Shown piece by piece: positions 59,269 to 64,000 of a stretch of DNA of 64,000 bases. Each line of letters begins with the position of its first letter. Position 1 is the stretch's first letter. Source of the DNA: an uncultured Gammaproteobacteria bacterium (GTDB lineage: Bacteria > Patescibacteriota > Patescibacteriia > UBA9934); the NCBI GenBank assembly GCA_964599455.1, contig CAZREA010000001.1:7687-71686 (forward strand), given 5' to 3'. The translations under genes were made by a program, and so were the position numbers. Below the pieces are notes generated by a model. That model had not been told where the DNA came from, did no database searches, and saw nothing but the letters and a program-made list of their open reading frames with translations.

Positions 59269-60334
59269 TTATCTGCCTGCGACAGGAGGAGTTGCGAGAT
59301 ATTTGTATGCAGTAAAGCAATGCATCCCGGAAATGCGGGTTGATGTTTTTACTGATGGTTTTCCGAAGCTCTTTTCGTTGGTGAAATATGCGCTCAATCA
59401 ACCCGAAGAGGAAATCTGGACAAGCCATGTATTGCCCATAGGCACGGCATTTTTTATTTCTTCATTTTTTAAAAAACGACCGTACGTCGTCTTTTTGCAC
59501 GGTTTAGATTTTGACTTGGCGCGACGCAATATTTGGAAGCGATTTCTCGCAAAATGCATCTTGCGTCGTGCGCGGAAAATAGTCGCAAATACGCAGGCAC
59601 TTGCTCGTGAAGTAATGCAGTTCACTCGGCGTGAAGATGTAATCACGGTGTATCCTTGTGTGAGCGACGAATTTGTAGACATTTCGCAACGTGTTCGCAA
59701 AGGTTTTGAAAAACCTTCTTTGCAAGAGCTGACTAAGATGATGCTGGCAACGACTGCTACGCTTGCGGGCGTAAGTATTGCACAAAAAAAACCACATGCT
59801 ACATCGTCTTATAAACTGCTTACGGTTGCACGTTTGATTTCACGCAAAGGTCATCGTAAGGTTATTGATGCACTGCAGTATCTACCTCACGCGATATATA
59901 CCATTGTTGGTGATGGACCGTTGCGTGATGAATTGATTCAATATGTGAAAGAACGTCATCTTAGCGATCGCGTGACATTTTTAACAGATATTTCTGACGC
60001 CCAGCTCCCAGAAGTTTATGCCGCTCATGATGTTTTTGTCATGCCAGTGACGCAATCAGCAACGGATCGCGAAGGTTTTGGCATTGTGTATGCTGAAGCG
60101 GGTTTGTTTGGTTTGCCGGTGATAGCAACACGTTCTGCGGGAGTTGATGAGGTAGTTATAGATGGTGTAACGGGGTATCTAATTGATGATACACCTCAGA
60201 GTCTTCTTGAAGCACTGCAACACTTTGAAAAAGACCTCAAACTCGCTCGACGTATCGGAGTTCAGGGGAGAGAATATGTTCTTTCACACTTTACCGTTCA
60301 ACAAATGAAAGAATGCCTTCGTACATTGGTTTGA
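59240..60334 (+). CDS. Family 4 glycosyltransferase (GT-B fold)
   Basis: C-terminal EGFGIVYAEAGLFGLPVIATRSAGVDEVVIDGVTGYL matches the GT4 EX7E region. Confidence 0.8.
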   Translation: MVKILLPTNDYLPATGGVARYLYAVKQCIPEMRVDVFTDGFPKLFSLVKYALNQPEEEIWTSHVLPIGTAFFISSFFKKRPYVVFLHGLDFDLARRNIWKRFLAKCILRRARKIVANTQALAREVMQFTRREDVITVYPCVSDEFVDISQRVRKGFEKPSLQELTKMMLATTATLAGVSIAQKKPHATSSYKLLTVARLISRKGHRKVIDALQYLPHAIYTIVGDGPLRDELIQYVKERHLSDRVTFLTDISDAQLPEVYAAHDVFVMPVTQSATDREGFGIVYAEAGLFGLPVIATRSAGVDEVVIDGVTGYLIDDTPQSLLEALQHFEKDLKLARRIGVQGREYVLSHFTVQQMKECLRTLV

Positions 60335-60335
60335 G

Positions 60336-60432
60336 ATCCCGAGGACAGATATATCTTTGTTCTTGAACGAGCAACGTAGTGGCCTTCGGTTTACTCTGTT
60401 CTACGAAAAAAGATATATCTGTCCTCGGGATC
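60336..60432. repeat. Perfect 23-bp inverted repeat GATCCCGAGGACAGATATATCTT / AAGATATATCTGTCCTCGGGATC separated by 51 bp, bracketing the annotated ATG of the downstream GT2 gene
   Basis: Direct sequence comparison, 23/23 complementary. Confidence 0.8.
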
Positions 60433-61194
60433 GTTCCTTCGCGCTTTGTTCCCAAATATGCTAGCGTATATCTATCTGTGAACCCCCTTGTTTCTGTCAT
60501 TATTCCGACGTACAACCATGCCACGGCTTTACCGGCATGTTTAACATCGGTTCTTGCGCAGACGTATCAACCGCTGGAAATTATCGTTGTTGATGACGGC
60601 TCTACTGATCATACACAGGATGTTCTGCGTGCGTATACGGATCGAATTGTAGTGATTAAACAAGAAAATGCGGGTTCAAATCCAGCACGGAATCGTGGTT
60701 GGCATGAGGCAAAGGGCGAATATCTGCTTTTTTGTGATGCGGATCTTGTTCTTCGGTCTGAAATGATTACGAAAATGGTCCAGGTACTTGAAACGCATCC
60801 TGATGTGAGTTTTGCCTATAGCCCCTTTCGCTTTGGCTGGAAACGCTTCGTGAGTCCATCATGGAATCCCGAGCGATTGCGTCAAGCAAATTATATTCAC
60901 ACGAGCTCACTTATTCGGGCCAAAGATTTTTTTGGGTTTGATGAACGAATTAAGCGTTTGCAAGATTGGGATATCTGGTTGACGTTTCTTGCTCGAGGGA
61001 AGAAAGGCGTTCTTGTCCCCGAGGAGCTCTTTTCTGTGGCAATTCATGGAACATCTCGTATTGGCTCACAATGGTTGCCAAGTATCGCCTATAAAATTCC
61101 CTGGCAAATGATTGGTTGGATGCCAAAACGAATAAAGAAATATTTTGATGCTCGCACAATCATTCAAAAGAAACATCATCTTGAAGAAGTATGA
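60379..61194 (+). CDS. Family 2 glycosyltransferase (start uncertain; ATG 60379 lies inside the inverted-repeat spacer, alternative GTG about 60479)
   Basis: VSVIIPTYN...EIIVVDDGSTD...CDAD GT-A motifs. Confidence 0.7.
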   Translation: MAFGLLCSTKKDISVLGIVPSRFVPKYASVYLSVNPLVSVIIPTYNHATALPACLTSVLAQTYQPLEIIVVDDGSTDHTQDVLRAYTDRIVVIKQENAGSNPARNRGWHEAKGEYLLFCDADLVLRSEMITKMVQVLETHPDVSFAYSPFRFGWKRFVSPSWNPERLRQANYIHTSSLIRAKDFFGFDERIKRLQDWDIWLTFLARGKKGVLVPEELFSVAIHGTSRIGSQWLPSIAYKIPWQMIGWMPKRIKKYFDARTIIQKKHHLEEV

Positions 61195-61943
61195 TTTCTG
61201 TTTCATATATTGTTTTTTCCGATAGAGAAGAGATTGAAGTATTGCGTGAACACATGACTCGTATGCAGAGTCTTGCTCAGGGAGATGCCGAATATTTTTT
61301 AGTTGATTTTTCGTCGCGATCGGAAATTCTGGGATTACTTTCGCAATACATTCCTCGCGCGACTTACATTGCACCTTTGCCGAAAACGGGTTTTGCCAAG
61401 GCGGTAAATCAAGCTTTTACTAAGGCGACTGGCGAATACATCTTCTTTCTTCTTCCTCATTTTGCTATTACTTCATCACTTGTAGAAGAGGTACAGGCGC
61501 AATTTCAAGGTGATGATCAACTTGGCTATTTTCTTGGCGCGTTAAATGATAGCGCCTATCATGCCGTTCCCTATGTTTGTGTTCGTAGAGCAGTACGTGA
61601 TGGAGTGTCTCATAAAGTCGTTGGAAATCTTGATGAACAGTATGTGACTTCATTTGCGTTGGATGATTATCGGTTGTTGTCGGCATTAGCAGGATGGGAA
61701 GTGCGCTGTCATGCCAAAGGCCTTTTTAACGGACTACAGGAACAAAGCAGGGAAGAGATTCTTTCATTCCATGAACAGCGATTGGTGCGAAGAGATTTTC
61801 GGATCTATATGCGAAAATATGGTGATTGGGGACAATGGCTTGTTGCCTGGCTGCTTGAACCCGTTCGTCTGATAAGAACCGGTACGCTCTATGTGATCCT
61901 TGAAGGTATGATACAACTGCGCAATTTTCTTCGTTCTCGATAA
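61191..61943 (+). CDS. Hypothetical protein, GT-A-fold-like (possible divergent glycosyltransferase)
   Basis: ORF track; weak GT2-like pattern (AKAVNQAFTKATGEYIFFL). Confidence 0.45.
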   Translation: MISVSYIVFSDREEIEVLREHMTRMQSLAQGDAEYFLVDFSSRSEILGLLSQYIPRATYIAPLPKTGFAKAVNQAFTKATGEYIFFLLPHFAITSSLVEEVQAQFQGDDQLGYFLGALNDSAYHAVPYVCVRRAVRDGVSHKVVGNLDEQYVTSFALDDYRLLSALAGWEVRCHAKGLFNGLQEQSREEILSFHEQRLVRRDFRIYMRKYGDWGQWLVAWLLEPVRLIRTGTLYVILEGMIQLRNFLRSR

Positions 61944-61951
61944 TATCTTTT

Positions 61952-63556
61952 ATGTCGTTTTCTCTTGTTGATCAATTTTCCGTCAAACATCTCTTCTCGG
62001 TATTTGGATGTATTGCCTTGTTCCATGTGCTTGCCTTTGTAGTTCAGCATCATTGGATATCAGTAGTTGTATTGGGAATTTTTGGTATCGGAATGGCTAT
62101 GCTTGCCTGGTATCGCATGGATTGGGCGCTGGCAGTCGCTTTTTTAGAAGTAATCATCGGTGGACACGGACATCTTTTTTCGCTTTTAGATTTTGGCTAT
62201 CCGCTATCGTTCCGTATCGTGCTCTTTTTGGCCGTCATGCTCGTATGGGTCCTTCGTTTTCTCGCAAAAAAAGAACAGCCACGTTTTATTCTCCAACGTG
62301 ACCTACCCTTTGCGTTCCTTGTTTTTGCAGTTTTTGCTGGCATTATCAATGGTTTGATACAAGGAAACCCTCTTTCCGCATTAGTTGATGATGCAAATTC
62401 GTTTATTATTCTTGGCTACTTGCTGCCGCTCTCTACGCTTATTTGGAATCAGCAAACCCGCAAGCTTTTTCTCTCAACTTTTTTCGTAGGCGCATTGTGG
62501 GTGAGTATATTCACTATCGGTCTTTTGTACGCCTTTTCTCATCTGGACGCTGATGGTATCTGGACATTGTACACGTTTGTTCGTGATGCCCGATTGTTTG
62601 AGGTAACGCTCTTATCATCGCCAGCCGAAATCGTCTCAACGCTCTATAACGGTCAGTGGTATTTTCGGGTGTTTAGTCAGGGGCAGTTTTATGTGATTGC
62701 GTACTGGCTGCTCTTTTTGGCGGCAACCTGGATGATGCGCAAACATACGCAAGGTCATCATCCGCGCATTATTTGGCTTTGGCACATCTTACTTTTAGCT
62801 GCTCTGGTTGCGAGTTTGTCGCGCAGTTTTTGGGTCGCCCTAGTTCCCGGAGCATGTATCGTAGTAATTGGTGCAATTTGGGATCAGGTGCGCCTCCTTA
62901 CGCTCGTAAAGCGATCACTTATACTTATTCCTTGTGCTTTAGCTGGCATTGCCGTCTTGTGGCTCGCAATTACCTTTCCTGCTCCTGCACGTCCTGATTT
63001 GTATAGCTCCCCTTTTTATAAAGGCGAAAGTGATGATACACGAGAATTAGCTGTTTCGAGCCGTTGGAATTTGCTACCACCGATGATGGCAGAAATTCGT
63101 CAATCACCAATTATTGGTTCGGGTTTTGGTGAAGAAGTAACCTTTATTTCTGATGATCCGCGTGTTCGTGCGATCAATCCCACGGGCGAATGGACAGCCT
63201 ATCGTTTTGAATGGGGATTTTTGGATATTTGGTTGAAGATGGGGCTTTTGGGGCTTTTGGCTTTTGGCTGGATTCTCTTCATCTTTTTACAAAATACCAT
63301 CACTGCTTTGCGTACAAAGCGTGAAGATACTTGGTTGAGCGTAGGACTATGTGCGGGCATTGTCATGTTGTATGCGGCACACATGTTTTCTCCGTATTTG
63401 AATCACCCTATCGGATTGTTATTCCTTTTGATTGCGGCCATGTTGTTGCGTTGGCCAAAGCATGAAAAAGAAACCGATGAACAGCCTGTTCGCACCTCCT
63501 TATCATCTGTCACCACGCTCTATCAGAAAGCACCTGTCTTACAGGTGAAGAAATAG
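61952..63556 (+). CDS. O-antigen ligase/polymerase-like polytopic membrane protein (Wzy_C-type domain)
   Basis: About 12 TM helices with a central SLSRSFWVAL-containing loop typical of O-antigen ligase family. Confidence 0.6.
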   Translation: MSFSLVDQFSVKHLFSVFGCIALFHVLAFVVQHHWISVVVLGIFGIGMAMLAWYRMDWALAVAFLEVIIGGHGHLFSLLDFGYPLSFRIVLFLAVMLVWVLRFLAKKEQPRFILQRDLPFAFLVFAVFAGIINGLIQGNPLSALVDDANSFIILGYLLPLSTLIWNQQTRKLFLSTFFVGALWVSIFTIGLLYAFSHLDADGIWTLYTFVRDARLFEVTLLSSPAEIVSTLYNGQWYFRVFSQGQFYVIAYWLLFLAATWMMRKHTQGHHPRIIWLWHILLLAALVASLSRSFWVALVPGACIVVIGAIWDQVRLLTLVKRSLILIPCALAGIAVLWLAITFPAPARPDLYSSPFYKGESDDTRELAVSSRWNLLPPMMAEIRQSPIIGSGFGEEVTFISDDPRVRAINPTGEWTAYRFEWGFLDIWLKMGLLGLLAFGWILFIFLQNTITALRTKREDTWLSVGLCAGIVMLYAAHMFSPYLNHPIGLLFLLIAAMLLRWPKHEKETDEQPVRTSLSSVTTLYQKAPVLQVKK

Positions 63557-63565
63557 GATATACTT

Positions 63566-63961
63566 TTGTATATGGTTAAATCACTTCTGGTTTTTTTGGG
63601 ATTATTCCTGCTCATGGTCGGTCTTCTTCTTTATCTTTCCGACCACTATCCCAATCTTTTTTTCCTGTGGTTTATTTTACTTCTTGTCTTCTCTCATCTT
63701 CTTGGTGGCCGTGTTCAGCCGCTGTTAAACATGTATCCTTCGAAAGTGATTGCAGAGAAAAAGATCATGCGAGAGGGAAGAAGTTACCGTTTTGTTTTGG
63801 AAGAAATTACACGAACTCCCACCAGTCGTTATAATCCCGTAACTGTCACGGTACATGATTATCGTTCAGTTTGTATTGATGAAAAGGGTAAGCGATCTTC
63901 GGTAAAGCATTTGGGTCAAGATGAAAAGATAGCAAAGAAAAAGTTTCAAGAGATGGTTTAG
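63566..63961 (+). CDS. Small membrane protein, hypothetical
   Basis: ORF track; two N-terminal TM helices. Confidence 0.35.
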   Translation: MYMVKSLLVFLGLFLLMVGLLLYLSDHYPNLFFLWFILLLVFSHLLGGRVQPLLNMYPSKVIAEKKIMREGRSYRFVLEEITRTPTSRYNPVTVTVHDYRSVCIDEKGKRSSVKHLGQDEKIAKKKFQEMV

Positions 63962-64000
63962 TTTTCAAGAGAAATGATTGTTCCAACGCCATTAAGAAAA

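Overview
This 64 kb window looks like a streamlined bacterial chromosome. Gene content and several shortened housekeeping proteins suggest a reduced-genome lineage such as CPR/Patescibacteria, but that is inference, not verified. Background GC is about 45%, and almost all genes sit on the + strand.

Main blocks, left to right:
- 1-2231: the end of an integrative element (Cys-rich zinc-ribbon protein plus a large serine recombinase), abutting tRNA-Glu(CTC) on the - strand.
- 5481-12145: a heat-shock cluster (sigma70-like promoter with CIRCE operator, then hrcA, grpE, dnaK, dnaJ). It is interrupted by AT-rich inserts and by a YbaK-deacylase / CsaA-like tRNA-binding gene pair.
- 13325-23678: cysS, a large orphan TM-anchored P-loop ATPase of the VirD4/TraG/HerA class, dnaX, and a J-domain protein.
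- 23760-26680: a roughly 3 kb GC-rich island (about 57-60% GC). It carries two tandem paralogous DUF218/YdcF-like proteins bracketing two small SD-preceded ORFs, with their own terminators.
- 26802-49370: housekeeping and envelope genes, including a cytidine-deaminase-like protein, HAD hydrolase, Dus, beta-CASP nuclease, MutY-like glycosylase, thioredoxin-like protein, ImmA-like peptidase, Era, RlmD-like and SpoU methyltransferases, a PduL-like phosphotransacylase, MurJ, a MacAB-like ABC efflux system with a 630-aa adaptor, and a third DUF218/SanA-like protein. tRNA-Gln(CTG) and tRNA-Arg(CCG) are here.
- 49928-55804: alaS lacking the C-terminal C-Ala domain, infA, and the alpha-operon block (rpmJ, rpsM, rpsK, rpsD, a short rpoA, rplQ, rplM, rpsI).
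- 57787-63556: a surface-glycan locus (Wzx flippase, GT4, GT2 genes, O-antigen ligase/polymerase-like protein).

The most unusual signals are two repeat families:
- A roughly 75-85 bp palindromic element with core GACGCCAGGAGGGGCCTAG, present at six or more loci. Two copies are inserted in-frame inside coding genes: dnaX and the RlmD-like methyltransferase.
- A 16-nt motif ACAGATTTACACAGAT with inverted partners, sitting exactly between stop and start codons at three loci.

A perfect 23-bp inverted repeat brackets the start of a glycosyltransferase gene. No CRISPR array and no rRNA gene were seen.
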